Numbered from the whole stretch's first letter, positions 38,521-51,716 are shown. The stretch is 62,032 bases of DNA, filler included, from Sphacelaria rigidula (GCA_964200075.2; 8 parts of 8 records of this genome joined end to end with filler, not necessarily neighbours in it), one strand, 5' to 3'. The notes: generated by a model from the sequence alone, not told the origin. Translations and numbers: made by a program.

Positions 38521-38735
38521 ACTAATGCCGAGATAGCCCCCCCACAAAACGTGGGAGACCATTCGACAAACCGGCTGCGATCGCACTATTGGGCTGGTTT
38601 GAAGCGATTTCGCCCACATGAGGCGTGTAGCAGTCCGGAATGAGTTATAACGCCTAAATGAGTTGCGTCGTGCAGCACGAAACCAGCTACAACGGCATTT
38701 ATGACCATCGCCTCCGTGCACTTTTTTGGCCGGTT

Positions 38736-38835
38736 NNNNNNNNNNNNNNNNNNNNNNNNNNNNNNNNNNNNNNNNNNNNTTAATTAATTAANNNNNNNNN
38801 NNNNNNNNNNNNNNNNNNNNNNNNNNNNNNNNNNN
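38736..38835. other. Artificial scaffold spacer
   Basis: N44-TTAATTAATTAA-N44. Confidence 0.99.
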
Positions 38836-40499
38836 CGTACGACAACACCCACGCACCTTGCGAGTGATGGCCATCGTGCTGGACAGCGCTGACACACACA
38901 CGAGTCGGCACCGGCTGATTTAGACCCACCCCCAGCCGCGTACATCTACTGGCAGTAAAGATGCTGCTGATACTGCTGCTGTTGCTTCTTCTCCTTTTCG
39001 TGCGGAACGCGATTAGAACGGCGCGTGATTTCTCGTGACGCTGCAGAACATGTGTTGTTTTCTGTTGTGTGTGGTACTCTTTAGTGTATACACCACTGCA
39101 AAAGTATCTTGTTTTGAGTGTACTGCCCTGTACTCGAGATAATGGGGTCATGGTTCGAGCAGTTTTTCAAAAAGTTGTGCTGGTTAAAAAAAATCCAAAA
39201 AGTTCCGCTCGTTTTTGAAAAGTATTCCGAAAAAAACGAGTGTTTTCCGTCACAGAAATCTATAGCGGAATCTGGAATAGCCTGAGACAACAACCAATTT
39301 GGAGATTGGAATTGGAATCCTCTTGGGTTCCTCGAGGGGTTTCTCCAGGTCGGTCGATCGCTTGCGTACACTAGACGAGTACTGGTACCTTGCTCGCTGT
39401 GGTTTTTTATAGAGCTTCGTGCCTTCGCGATTGCCACAGGCTATGTAGGAGGGGGCCTTCGTTAGAAAAGCGCCTGCAGCTGTGTTGAAGGTAAGTGTGA
39501 TGCTGACATTACAGATTGCGCGATTCATGTCGGTTTCCGTAGACATATGATAAATCACACGAACCCTTCAGTAATGATACGTTTTACATGACAAATAAAA
39601 AATATACTGGATAACCGATTGATCAAATGCTTGTATCTACCGGGTCGAGGCCTACGCCCAGGGTCACGAAAACGAAAGCGAGGAACAGCGTGTAGAGATA
39701 GCGCACGCCGTGACCTACTAAGTTTTGGGGCACTAAACAACGCTCGAACACTTTGACCTCAGCCCGCGTAGCCCACCACCTGCGCGGTTATGGATGTGAA
39801 CAAACAAGCAGCAATACCATTATTGTCAGTAGCTCCATCGTACCTGGGCAGTAACTAGTCACGTGATTGTTGCGTCTCCACTGTATGATTTTCTACATGG
39901 TAACATCACACGAACTGGTTTCATAAAAACAGCACACTCGACACACTCGACTTCTGTACCGCATATCCCGTCGAGATAAACGTCCCGTACGCACATGGAG
40001 ACGAAAAACGGTGGAAAAGCGTCCTCTCTGCTCCGTCAGTGCTTGCTGGCTTTCACGTCCACTGACATCATGTGATATACTGAGAACGAAAAACCACAAC
40101 CACACGAGAGAAAACAAATGCCAAGACACCACCAAGTGACTTCTCCTTCATCTACATTGAACCGTTGATCAATATTCAGAATGCAGTCGCCCACCTTTCA
40201 CGGTGGAACAAGAGAACACGCGACAACTTCTCGATGTCCCCCCCCGTTTCCTCATTCCTCCCCCCACCGTGATCGCCTTTTGAAGATTAGCGTCGGTTGA
40301 CGATGACGATGTAAAATACGCCACTCACTTCATAAGCTAGGCAACCACGTCACCGGTGTTTTCGCTCGCTTTTTTGCGGAAACCATAATGATGGTCGAGC
40401 TTGATCATATTCTGCGGGATGGAGAACCTGGACTCCGCGCAAAAGAGATGATCGTACTACGTAGTGTTTAGATGGTGAGATAACCACTACGCAGTGCGT

Positions 40500-40778
40500 G
40501 ACCCGTGGCTGTATCTGGGAGTGGGGATACCAGGAAAAGAGTAGAGCACCTCATTTGAGGCTGTCATCCATATTCAAGATGATCAGTACGCTTCGGGCCG
40601 AATAATCTTAGTAGAATGTAGGTCAACCTTCATGCGACTCGCCGAGTAGATAACAGCGGTTCGATTGATGATGGCGAGCCTGGTTCGGCGAAATCCCGGC
40701 GTGCTCCGTCCCGGCTTTCTAGAAATGCAAGCTCAATGGCCTCATGACCATGGCACGCAAGACCATGAGTACACCCCC
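40500..40778 (+). mobile_element. Old LINE 3' end (subfamily B) with short C tail
   Basis: RVEHLI*GCHPY (CCHC-like), then CCCGGCGTGCTCCGTCC...CAATGGCCTCATGACCATGGCACGCAAGACCATGAGTACACCCCC. Confidence 0.6.
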
Positions 40779-41950
40779 ACAATCACAACAGCTGACACGC
40801 CAACATTCGAATACAACCAAAGTCTCTCAACGACCACCATTTTCCATCTTGCACACATGTCCCTGTCCTGTTCGAAACTGCGGACACCTTGGTTTTTCAT
40901 CTTATTCGTCGACACACATAGAACACCATCAGGGCCCTTTACAGTCATGCACCCCTCGTGTGTCGATCTGTTGGATCTGCACCGTGCTCACTTGAAACAC
41001 TGAGGGTCAGATCCAGGTGTCTGTTCACAACGGGAAGCTTAGAGTGTACATTACCGACTACATTTATTCAGACGAGATCGGGGTCGATCGTCACATCGGT
41101 TTCTCGCCCCGCCGGTCTTCAGATCAATCCATCAATGAATTTAATCCTGCATTAGAAACGTTTCGTCCACCAAAGCCATCCAGGAAAGAGCGTATGTTCA
41201 GGGGTGGGGAACGGCGAGAAGGAAGGCAAGCGGAGACGGCGAGAAGGGACACATCAGCATTTTCTCGTGGCTAACCGCAGCGAAGTACAGTGGCGTACCC
41301 CGACACACGGTACATGAAGGCACGCCAAAATGTAGCAGCTTGTGGATGGCCGAAGTCGTGACACAGGAATGACGTCCCTACACTGAAAGTGTGATTTTAC
41401 ATCACGTGTCCACTGCAGACCTCACCCAACAAGGATCAGTACCTTATCTCATGGTGACGTATTTTGCGCAACCTACCGTGGGAGAAGAAACATCGGGCAG
41501 GGCGGTACATACAGCATAGACGTGGCAGCATCCGGTCCAAGGGTCGGAAAAAGTGTAACTGCCCGCCCCGCGCGCGGACGCCCAATAAACGATTGGACGA
41601 ATTTTTCCACCTCGGAATGGCGTTCTATATATAGTCTTCTTCTACCTCGGGATGGCGTTCTCTATTCTTCGAGGCGTGCACTCGGGCCGACCTTTCGTTC
41701 ATGCAGCTTCAATTTGGGCAAAATGGGACGTTTCTACCACACACACTGGAACTCCGTTGGGGTGATGCAGAAAAAAAAGAGCGAGAGAGGGTCACAGAAC
41801 TGCTACGGCTGAGGTGCGGCAACGTGGCCGCTGAACGTTGTGCCGTCGGGAAAAAATCCTCATCAAATCTCCACTGACGTTAAAAATGCTTGAGAAATGC
41901 CGGGGATATGAATCTCCGTGTCCGTGGATACCGAACCGAAGTGAACCTAC

Positions 41951-44900
41951 CGAGTCCCGAGAATTCCGACTTCGCCACGTTCCATCCCTTCCGGGCGAAT
42001 AGATCAGAGAGCTCGAACGATTTCTCCACCTGATCGGGTGTAAACACCGCCTCAGGATCGAAAAATCTGGAAACGGGACACAAAAACAAGGAGGAGAACC
42101 AAAGCAGCGGTGTGCACATGGACAGCATGCAAACCAGCGTCAAGGCGTGAGACGACGCCAGGGAGGGAAGGCTATCGTAATGTGCTGACATGTATCATCA
42201 TGTTGGCAATTTGATCGCCCAAGTGTATCCATCCGCTCGTTCATCACATTTTCGAAGTATTATGCGATAGCAACTTGGTGATATGCTTCCGTAGGGGTCA
42301 TGAGGTGAGAGCTCAAGCCGAAAATAGTGTGCCCCGAATTTGATTGATTGATTGATTGATTATCTCACATGAGCTGATCGCAACAATCCAGCCCGTGGTC
42401 AGGAGCAGCAAAAATAGAACAGAATAAAAAAAATATTAAAAGAACAAAATAACAAAGGGAAAAGAAATATCAAAGCCGCAATCTGCTTCCACGACATTCT
42501 GTTTGTTCCGTGTATTTGGTACATGTGCTCATGTGCGAACGTTTTGATTCTTCCAAGGGTCGGACAAATAATGATTCGTCTGAAAATTACTTGATTTTAG
42601 TATCATGAGTCGGCTCGTGACGAATCAATCCCTAGGCTTTATTTAAGCGTTGCAACCCAGGTACGCGCGGCCCAGACACGTGGGATGGCGCAAAAGTTGC
42701 GTGAATATCCCTTGGGCCAGCAATCAACTTTTTTTCCCCTTTTAGGCAATCAGGCCGAAGAAATCGTGAATTTGGTGATTTTGAGTCGTGATGATTTGTC
42801 CTAACCGTGGTTCATTCCTCTCACCTGAAGCCATGCTACAGGGGCTGACCTATTCTGTTTTTTTGGTCATCATTATCTTTGTTGTCATTGCGACATTTTT
42901 TTCCTCTTCTTCCTACTTCTCCTCTTATCCTTCGCTTTTTTTTTCCGCATAATTTTGTTCCTCCGTTTGCTTGGTTCCCTCATTACTCTTGTTCTTCAGT
43001 TTCGTCCTTTTGTTATTTTCGTTTCCCTGACTTTTCGTTCTCTAGCGAGCACTTCTGTTTTGTTCACCGCGGGGCATTTCTGTCTTGTAGATCATGACCA
43101 CGTTGGCGTCCCTTGGGAGTCAGTTCAATGTGTAACAATCACTCAATCCATCGGATCACTTCACTCGGAAACTGATCATCAGGCTTGAGTCTTCATCTGC
43201 CGGTGCCCGCAAGATTGACGGGACTCTATTGCTTCTGATCGATGAGCCTTCAGTACCATTAATGGTTACGGTCATGGAGCTATGAGCGTACAAGACATGA
43301 ACAACTAGCACTACTTTCGCTGGTTTGGAATCAACTCTCGAAAACCAATACTTGGAGAATGGCATCTTACCTCACCTACCCTCACTACGGAGTCCTTAGA
43401 CCAGGCTTTTACCCAACAACTCGTCTTCTACTTGTTCTACAAAGGACCGGCAGGCGCCCCTAATTGATCGATTGATTTGATTGATTGCCGCGCAGTCAGC
43501 CGTAGTCACACCCCCACGGAAGGCAGCAGCGGTCACGAGAGAGACGTATCCGAGAAAAGCATCACACACGAAGCACCCCATAAAGGAAGCTCGAGAAATG
43601 TCAAACATCACGAGGGAACCGAATGAAGTGCAAACGAGTGGAGATGAAAAACAAAACAAAACAGAAAAACACGAGAAAAAACAACAGACACGAAAGGAAA
43701 AGGGAGAAGGGGAGAAGCAAATAACACACTTGAGGGGAAAAGAAAAAACAAGGAATTCTATCGATCGCAAATCTCCCGACCCTGCCCCTCATCCACTGCC
43801 AGCCCGCCTCGTCCTTCTCACCCGTGCAGCGTATGGGGAGCGAACTCCTTCAAGGGCAAGCGGCACACCGGCCCCTTTGAAACGTTCTGGGCATCCAGGA
43901 TCACGAGCTCGGTGACTTGGTCGCGCCCGTTGACCACGAATGTGGACAGGTAGCCGAAATCCTCCGGAGCGTCTTCCGGGGCGCCCTTCCGAGGAATGAA
44001 TTTCGCCTACTTTTTCGAGCGCGTGTTACATGCATGTGTACGGGGTACCGTTAGAGCCGACTGCTGGTATCATTGTACTCATAACAGCGCGTGCTCCGGG
44101 GAGAGGTATGGCGTGATGATAGGGAGTGAGGTGGTGTTGTGCGTAGGGTGGAGATCGTGTCGGTCCCGCTTTTTTGATTACTCAAGGGTGCTGACGCATG
44201 TACGTGTCTCTATTTCGGGCAAACGGTAATGGAGGCATTCGACGGTATTCCACATAAGATGCTCACATGTATTCGGTTTCGGATGTCCAAGTGCTTTCGA
44301 TGTGTTGCTATGTACATGTTCGTTTCTCCAAGCGTCGAGTAATCATGTGCACTTGTAGATTTCGAGCCAGGACAGCCGGCGCACTGCATGTGGGCTCGTT
44401 TATTTGCCCACAGCGCCTCGGTCACGAAAGACTTCGGGGATACCGACTGCAGGACGTTTTTCGCACTAGCTAACTGACGTGGAGCACGCAATTCATCGCA
44501 CGGACTTAATCATCGAGATGCACGCATCACTTTTGCAGCTTCAGTGTATCCCCGCGATTGTGTTTCATCGGGGATTATAGCGGCTTCGCGGAGACTACTC
44601 ACATATCAAACTGTCATGCCTGTAGTCCGCACGACGTGTTCAGCGTTTTCTCTTACCAAGCACTACGTGCACACTCCTCTCCAACGGACGTCGCGTTCCT
44701 ACTCTTGTAGGTATAGTATAGATGTCAGCGTAGCCGCACATTCACATAGTTTTGCACCATAGTCGTGCGTAGGAGCTCGTGCCCACATGGGCTTGGCTAC
44801 AGCATCACACTTCCTTCTCATTGGAACTACACACGGAGCTCGCGTTTCATTGGGTGTTTCGATACAGAATAATACATTGAACACGGAGCTCGCGTTGTAT

Positions 44901-46382
44901 TGGACGTACACATGATACAAAGTCATACAAGTCCGACATTCGTACACGTGCGTGCGACGTCGAAGGGCAGCCGTTCGCGTCTTGTGCTGCTTTGGACGCC
45001 ACCGGCCTGCTACACTTGCCTCCGATGCTACACCCGCCTTCTACCCTTTCCCCGCCAGGGTAGACAATCTCTTGAGAAAGCGTCATCTTCCCCAAAACAG
45101 TGAACGTTACCAAGATGACCCACCCTGGCGGTCGAGGAGTTCAAGGATTCATCACCTCTCGCCGACAAACAACACAAGCAAGGTAGGTGCACCGTAATGT
45201 TGGGGTCACGGCACCACTGTTTGGCCCACGACGCTTATAGCGCCTCGACGATGCTTTTTGTTTACTTCAATTTTGAGGGAGTTGAGACAGCAGTAGAGGA
45301 GAAGAGAGCAGTAACAAAACAGCGACGCCAGATGGACGACCCACCTCCCCTGCGAACTCGTGCGACTCCGGCAGCCACTTGTCCACCGTCCCATCTACCG
45401 TATCTACTTTCATGACCCCTTGGCCAGGGCAGGAGCCTTTGTCGGGAAGGATGCCGCATTGCCCAAAGATATAGCGGTGCTGTTGGCAAGATACCTGTGC
45501 ACCAAGCCCAAGCAACAACGACATGAGATATGGTAGAAAACACACGATGGAATAACAACAACAATAACAACAACAACAATAACCAGGCAGTTTTCGGGGT
45601 GTCAAATAGGCTCATTCCGTAGGAGCACATGTGTCGATACCATGCGCTTTACCGTGTCATATATGAGACCACGGCTGGACCCCTGGGGGGTCAGTTGAAG
45701 TGCGACAATCAATCAATCAAAATATGTGCAATGTAGACCGCGATTGCCGAACCTGTCTGTCGTGATTCAGTTGTGTGGTCGGCATGAACGTTTCTCCAGC
45801 GAAATAAACAAATGCGATTTCGTCTACTTTTTCACGTCATCACCACGGACATCATTTGCTGTTCGTACATGAATGTTGACACCTCAAATGTTGGTTGAGG
45901 GGGGGGGCAGCAATCTCCGCAAAGTGAGTAGTGTTGGTATACATTTTTACAGTCATGAGTAGGTTAGTTTGAGGGAGGGCGGGGGGGACTAGGGGGGGCG
46001 TAGTCGTCTCCTGCTTGCCTTTAGTGGTTGGACCATCGACCACGCATCCATTTCGAGACGGAGCACGGGGGGAGAAGGGGCAGGGTTGTGTTGTGCTGCG
46101 GGTGTGATGTGTGTACCAAAACGGAGACCAACCGAAGCAAAGACAAAAGATGCACAGCTTGGGCCTCTCGCGTGACAACGTGGATTGGAAACCGATTGTC
46201 TACGTGCTTGGGTGCACGGGTGGTTGTGTCACCTCGTGTTATGACATCACTCGCCTTAGGGTTGACGCTCGGGAACTCGCTCAGAAGTCCGTAGAGTACC
46301 TCGGTGCTCACCAAGCTGGCCTTGTCGCCCGACACATTCAGCCTGTAGCGCACCAGTTGCGTCTGGGGCACATCGCTCCAGG
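41951..46382 (-). CDS. Carotenoid cleavage oxygenase (CCD/ACO/RPE65 family), C-terminal four exons
   Basis: Exons 46382-46255 (...LVRYRLN...SEFPSVNPK), 45494-45345 (VSCQQHRYIF...QGVMKVD...WLPESHEFAGE), 44006-43822 (AKFIPRKG...EDFGYL...ELVILDAQ...GPVCRLPL...PHTLHG), 42066-41951 (FFDPEAVF...WNVAKSEFSGLG). Phases are consistent; EFP, E-x-F-x-PR, ED-GY and LHG motifs are typical of CCDs. Confidence 0.93.
45992..46066 (-). mobile_element. 5'-truncated LINE 3' terminus (subfamily A) inside a CCD intron, with C-runs on both sides
   Basis: Minus strand CCCCCC-GTGCTCCGTCTCGAAATGGATGCGTGGTCGATGGTC...AAGGCAAGCAG...TACG-CCCCCCC. Confidence 0.7.
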
Positions 46383-46501
46383 CTAGTTTTTCATTGTTAT
46401 TAGTTACGCAGGGAGCATTGTGGGCCCCAAAAACGAAAACAAAAAACGAACGCGAAGAATAGAATGAATGAGACGATGGTGACTCCGCGATACCGGGAGA
46501 G

Positions 46502-46601
46502 NNNNNNNNNNNNNNNNNNNNNNNNNNNNNNNNNNNNNNNNNNNNTTAATTAATTAANNNNNNNNNNNNNNNNNNNNNNNNNNNNNNNNNNNNNNNNNNN
46601 N
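46502..46601. other. Artificial scaffold spacer
   Basis: N44-TTAATTAATTAA-N44. Confidence 0.99.
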
Positions 46602-47089
46602 CAAACGGGGATGCCCTGACCCATGTTTGTGTGCATCTAGAATCGTTAGGAACCCCTGAAGTAGACATAATTGCGCGAAAAAAGTGCACCCCTACCGTAG
46701 CATTGCTCAGGAGAGCATAAAAACACTCCGGGGTCGCCGGGGTCATTCAGGATAACAGCAGAACAAAAGCCTGATGGTAAGGAAACAATTCTCTGAGAAC
46801 ACTACGAGGTCGTAGAGGAAACCAGGTCGGAAACGCATGACAACGGCCAGAACTTTATTTATCTCCTGTCAACCATTATTATCTACGTACATTTCGTTAG
46901 GTATCCTTGGAATCGGCGACACAGGCGCCGTTTTGGGGTCTCCGAAGGCCGCACTTTGCGAAGGGAATTCCATGTACAGCCCTTGCCCAAGGGTTCTCGG
47001 TATGGTAGGGTTGGGGTTATTAGGGTGAGGGGTAGTGATATACTTGCGAAATACGTCAACCATGAACATTTGTAGCCCAAAGCCGATTG

Positions 47090-47724
47090 TTAACCCTTTG
47101 ACCGCAAGGATATGTCACCTGCTGAATCGGTATAATTTTTCACTCGAAAAACGTATGCGTGATCTAGATGGTTTACCGGCACCGCGGTCTAAGGGTTAAC
47201 CCATTGATGGCGAGAGTAGGTCATCTGTTGAATCGGAATCAATTCCCTTGAAAAAAGATTCCATGATCCAGACAGACTATCTTGGCGGTCGAAGGGGGTT
47301 ATAACCCTTTGACCGCCAAGCAAGGTAGGTCACCTGCGGAATCGACATCAATGTCACTTGAAAAAGTACGCGTGATCCAGATGGACTACCCGCATAGCAG
47401 TCTAGGGGTTAACCCTTAGACCGCGAGGGTAGTCCATCTGGATCGTGCATCCCTTGTTCAAGTGAAATCGATGCCGATTCAACAGATGACCTACCCTGGT
47501 CGTCTAAACCCTTTACTGGACAGCGAGAGTAGGTCATCTGTAGAATCAATTTCACTCGAAAAAAGTATGCATAGTCCAGATGAAATACGTTCGCGGTCTC
47601 ACGTATAACCCCCTGACCGCAAGAGGATAGATCACCTGGTAGTCCATCTGCATCACGCAGACTTTTTTCGAGTGAGATTGATGCCGATTCAGCGGGTGAC
47701 CTATTCTCACGGTCGAGGGGTTCA
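47090..47724. mobile_element. Tandem array of six ~100-bp piggyBac-type MITEs (family P1) joined at TTAA-like sites
   Basis: Units 47094-47195, 47200-47298, 47305-47408, 47413-~47507 (inverted), 47509-~47604, ~47609-47720 (mostly inverted); CCCTT(T/A)GACCGC...GCGGTC(T/G)AAGGG termini; junctions TTAA, TTATAA, TTAA, TAAA, TATAA. Confidence 0.85.
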
Positions 47725-47830
47725 GTAGCCTCACAACTTTAGATCGCTAAAACTTTACGTCGCCCCCCCATGCTTCAACCTCCTCCTCGAAATAAAGAGA
47801 ATATATTTTCCGACTTTTTCCCCGGACAGA

Positions 47831-48899
47831 GAAAGCATCTGGCGTTTCGAGAGCGGACCTGGTTTAACCACCCTGCGAAGAAAGGGTGGGGTCAGTGAGT
47901 CGCCGACCTTTGCTCCATCCGCTGCCCCCGGTCGAGAGTTTCTTAGAGCAGAGAAGAGCAAATACGCCGTATCGGAGAGCGAGAGCGCGTCAATCCTGCG
48001 TGGAGTGGAGCGTCGTGTACTCGACAATTTACCGTCCAGTACTGTACGGCACTAGAATATACTACTGGTTGTACCAGCAGTATCACCGGTGAGTTTTGGT
48101 CACATAACAGTTGTACAGATGATGCAACCACAAGTTTCATGCCTGTGCATGCGTGATCGGCTTCGCGATCATCGGTTGTAGCCGCTGACTTTGCGCTTCG
48201 TGGGGGTATCGTTAGCGACAGAGGCGAACAGAGCCAGAGATTAGAGCCAGGGAAGACGCGAGAAAAAATATGCGGGTAGAGATAGAGGCAGAGGCATAAT
48301 AGAGAGGGAGGGAAAGGGAGAGCGGGACGATAACTGAGCACACTCGTCGTGATACATCGGGATGACGACCAGCATTGTTTTATTATTGCATGTACTGATA
48401 AAGACCTCAACGAACTTACATCAAAACTCTTGCTCGTGAAGGTCTTGAGATCAGTCAGCGACTCTCTTGTGTCCTTGGCGTCGCACGCAGGCGTCACCGA
48501 GGAAGTGCTGGGGTGGATGGGTTGACATGGCTTTTGGGTTAATTCGTTTGTTTTTTGGTGACGGGCCGACGATATTGCAAGCAGTGGAATTGATATGTGG
48601 CCACCTCTCTGCGGATGGATGATTTTAGTCGCGGTGCAACAAGTACAGTATACTTGCGGCACTTCATTGAAAAAGGCTCTAATGAACAACTCGCACACGG
48701 CAGCAAGGCAGGCGAAATTTGCCAGGTCAGCAAAAAATGACGATGGGCGAGCGTCCACAGTCAAAGACGCAGCCAGAAATCGTGATTTGTTAGACAGAAG
48801 GACGAGCTTTGAATCACTCATCATCGTAGGAGATTACGGAGGATTTACCCGCGACCTTGCAATGCGTGGAGCTGTGGTCGCGGAATACTTGGTAGACTG
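47831..48899 (+). pseudogene. Possible decayed multi-exon gene (unassigned)
   Basis: Exon-like blocks with splice-like ends (..YWLYQQYHR|GTGAGT; AG|PQRTYIKTLAREG; YVATSLRMDDFS..ICQ|GT; AG|EITEDLP..) but in-frame stops. Confidence 0.2.
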
Positions 48900-51493
48900 G
48901 TACGTGTTTCTATCTCTCTTCTTTAGTGTAAAGTTGCGTAAAAAACTGAGGTACAGAGTACTAGGAAACAGTACGTACATCAGTACAGTAGCACCGACCT
49001 GCCTCCCGTGCAGCACGAGCGAAATCCTTCATTATTTTCAAGACTGGTTATGTCCGACTACACATGATCTAAATGTGTCGGGGTTTATGAGGGGAACACG
49101 TACGTGCAATACAGTACAGAGCACAGCGAACAGAGGTGTCGGTGCTCGACGTGCGCGTATATAATATATGCTCCGTATATATGTGTGTGTGTATCCAACT
49201 TGAGCAAGGCGTGTGTCATCCGCTGGTTTATAACAGCATCTGCTCAACTCTCGAACATGATGAGGTTTACTGATACTGCTTTTGTAGGTGACCACTAACG
49301 ACAGGTCCTACGGTTGGGATACAACGTTCAGCTACATTATGGATGTTGCGGTCTTACGTGTAGAAGAGACGATGCAGTGAGTAGGAGAACGGCCACTACT
49401 TTGTGCATTCGTTGTGCATACATAAATATGCTCCACATACGGTACGTACCTACTTCTAGCTATTTCCTTTGAAAGGAGGAAATCTCTATTCTCCAACAGC
49501 AACCCGCAACCAACGGAGAGAAAATGCATACACAAACTCGCTAAAAGCGAGACAAGGACAGGGTCTCTCTCCCTCTCTCCCTGCCACTGTCCCCCCCTCC
49601 CCCTCTCCTCGCCTCTCCCCTCGTCCTCTCCATCATTCCGTCAAGCCCCAACCTGCGTCCGTTTGTGGTCGTGGAGCTATTCCGTCAAGGTGCGTACGCG
49701 TGGTGAGTACAACAAAGCGTGGACATTTGAAAAAATACTGTTGTACGCGTAGAGAGGCGGAGTTAGGGACATAGGTGTACTGTTGGTAGGAGAACGATCA
49801 CGATCCAATTTTCACGATCAACATGTCCGACATAAAGAGACAGCGCTCCACGCACGCAAGTACTTATTTTGCTTTCAGAGTCATGCGGTAGGAGGTGCAT
49901 ATTGGGCCCAGATCTATCTCGTATAGTTGGAGCTAGACAAGAACATGGGTCAGGATATTCCCTTTTTCAAACCCATTCGGACGTAAGGCGTCTACATCAG
50001 ATGCCCAGTGCAGAGTACTGCGCAGATATCGGAACGGTGTTTGGTCTGAAGACAACGACAAAAACAACAACAACAATTCGGGATATCCCTTTCCAATTAG
50101 TAGAATGCTTATCGTGGCTTGCTGTTGGATATTTCACAAGTTGTTTTTTTCATGAGATAACGGGCTGTGTGTTGTCGTGTTGTCGTCCCATTTATTCTGG
50201 ACGCCGGTCTACACCTTTCTCCGTATCTGTGGGCACACCAGCTGGGGTCACACACAGCACGAAGGCCAGCACAGGAGTTTCTTCTTTTTTGTTTGTCCTC
50301 GTTCTCCACCTTCCTTCTGCGCGGTGCTTCCCTGTGTCAAGTATCATGAGCGGGGTTCAGCAGTCCCTAGCTTTCCCTCGTCGACCATTGAGTCGAATTA
50401 GAGGGCTACGAAATTGAATCATTTTTGGGATCAGTCGGAGGGCTACTGACAATAATTCAAACCCCAGAGAAAAGCTTCGCACCCCTACCGTAACACCACT
50501 CGTCGGTGGCTTCATGGGCCGCCTGGTTGTACCGATCCGATCGAAGAGTGGTGCACTGACTGAGGCCATCTGCAAAGCTTTTTCCAATGGAAAAAAGTGC
50601 GGAGGAAAGAAAAATCCCAATCTGATAGGCCCGTCATTCATCTCAACGTCATGAATAGTCATTTTGAACTGACGTCGTATCGGAATATTTGTTTTCCACC
50701 GCACCTTTTCTATCGAAAAACTCTTCCCCAAGACACCCCCTATAATAATAGCCGGCTCAAAGGACTGGCCTCTGACGTGCAGTTTGTGATTCTCCATTCA
50801 CTTCTCAACATGATGAAAGATACAGCGCATGGCTGGTAATACAGCCGGCTCCATATCGAATAGTCCCAAAACTCAACTGAACAAAAACGTAATACATACA
50901 ACAGCTAGTAGTAGCTAAGTGCACAGGTGTGATATAGGCGGTCCCAGAAAAATCGTCATGACACGTCCGTCATCCACGTTGTCAAGAGCCCATCGTTAAC
51001 GTTGTGTTGAAAACGAAAGACCGCACGTACGGATATTATACTTCTCATCTTCCACGCGCCTCCAAAACTTACTGTATTATTTGAAATTCCTCTCCTCCTC
51101 CTCCTCCTCCTCCTCCTCCTGGTCGCCGATATTATGCGGTCAACTCTAGAACGGGTTCTTCAGCAGTGCGTCCGCCTTTGTCCACAGTCTACCCCCTATC
51201 ATCAAAGAACTTTTTTTGCCTTGAATGGTATAGGTTCATCCATTTATTATACTACACTGAAGAATTTAGAATACAGACAGCGCCTTTTGTAGTAAGAATT
51301 CACGGGGTATTTCCGTCGAGCTATAAGATGATTAAGATCTTAACGATCCATCAAACTTCCACGAAGTTTTCGTTGGAGACAGCGGAGAAGTCGTTACAAT
51401 ACACCATTCACGCAGGTCGCAGTGTGCCGGAAAAGAATTTTCGCCACCTTTGAAATCGTCATAATCACAGATGCCGTTGTTGACTAGGTTGAA

Positions 51494-51716
51494 CCCCTCA
51501 CACCGCCAGGGTTGATCATCTCATGAATCGTCATGACGTTCGCTCGAAAACTGAATAGTGTATAAATAATCTGGTTGAATTACCCAGGGGTAAAGGGCGA
51601 ATGAACCCTTCGACTGCAAGCATAGATAGGCCAGTTGTTGAATCAGCATCAATTTCAGTTGAAAATATACTGTATGACCAGATGACCTACCCTCCTGGAT
51701 CCTTGCCGTCAAGGCG
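51494..51716. mobile_element. Two adjacent old P1 MITE copies (51494-51597, 51606-51716)
   Basis: CCC...GGG-like ends with TGAA flanks and the TTGAATC(A/G)GCATCAATTTCA core. Confidence 0.6.

Noticed and set aside
44370-44470. Alternative CCD exon (…SPKSFVTE)
   Set aside because: It has no good donor, and the exon at 45345-45494 supplies the expected RY/KVD/W-P/E motifs with canonical sites.
28740-46382. Fibrillin plus carotenoid oxygenase as a plastid carotenoid gene cluster
   Set aside because: The genes lie on different scaffolds separated by artificial spacers.
47943-48824. 293-aa minus-strand ORF
   Set aside because: Ser/Leu-rich with no motifs; the splice-like signals are on the opposite strand.
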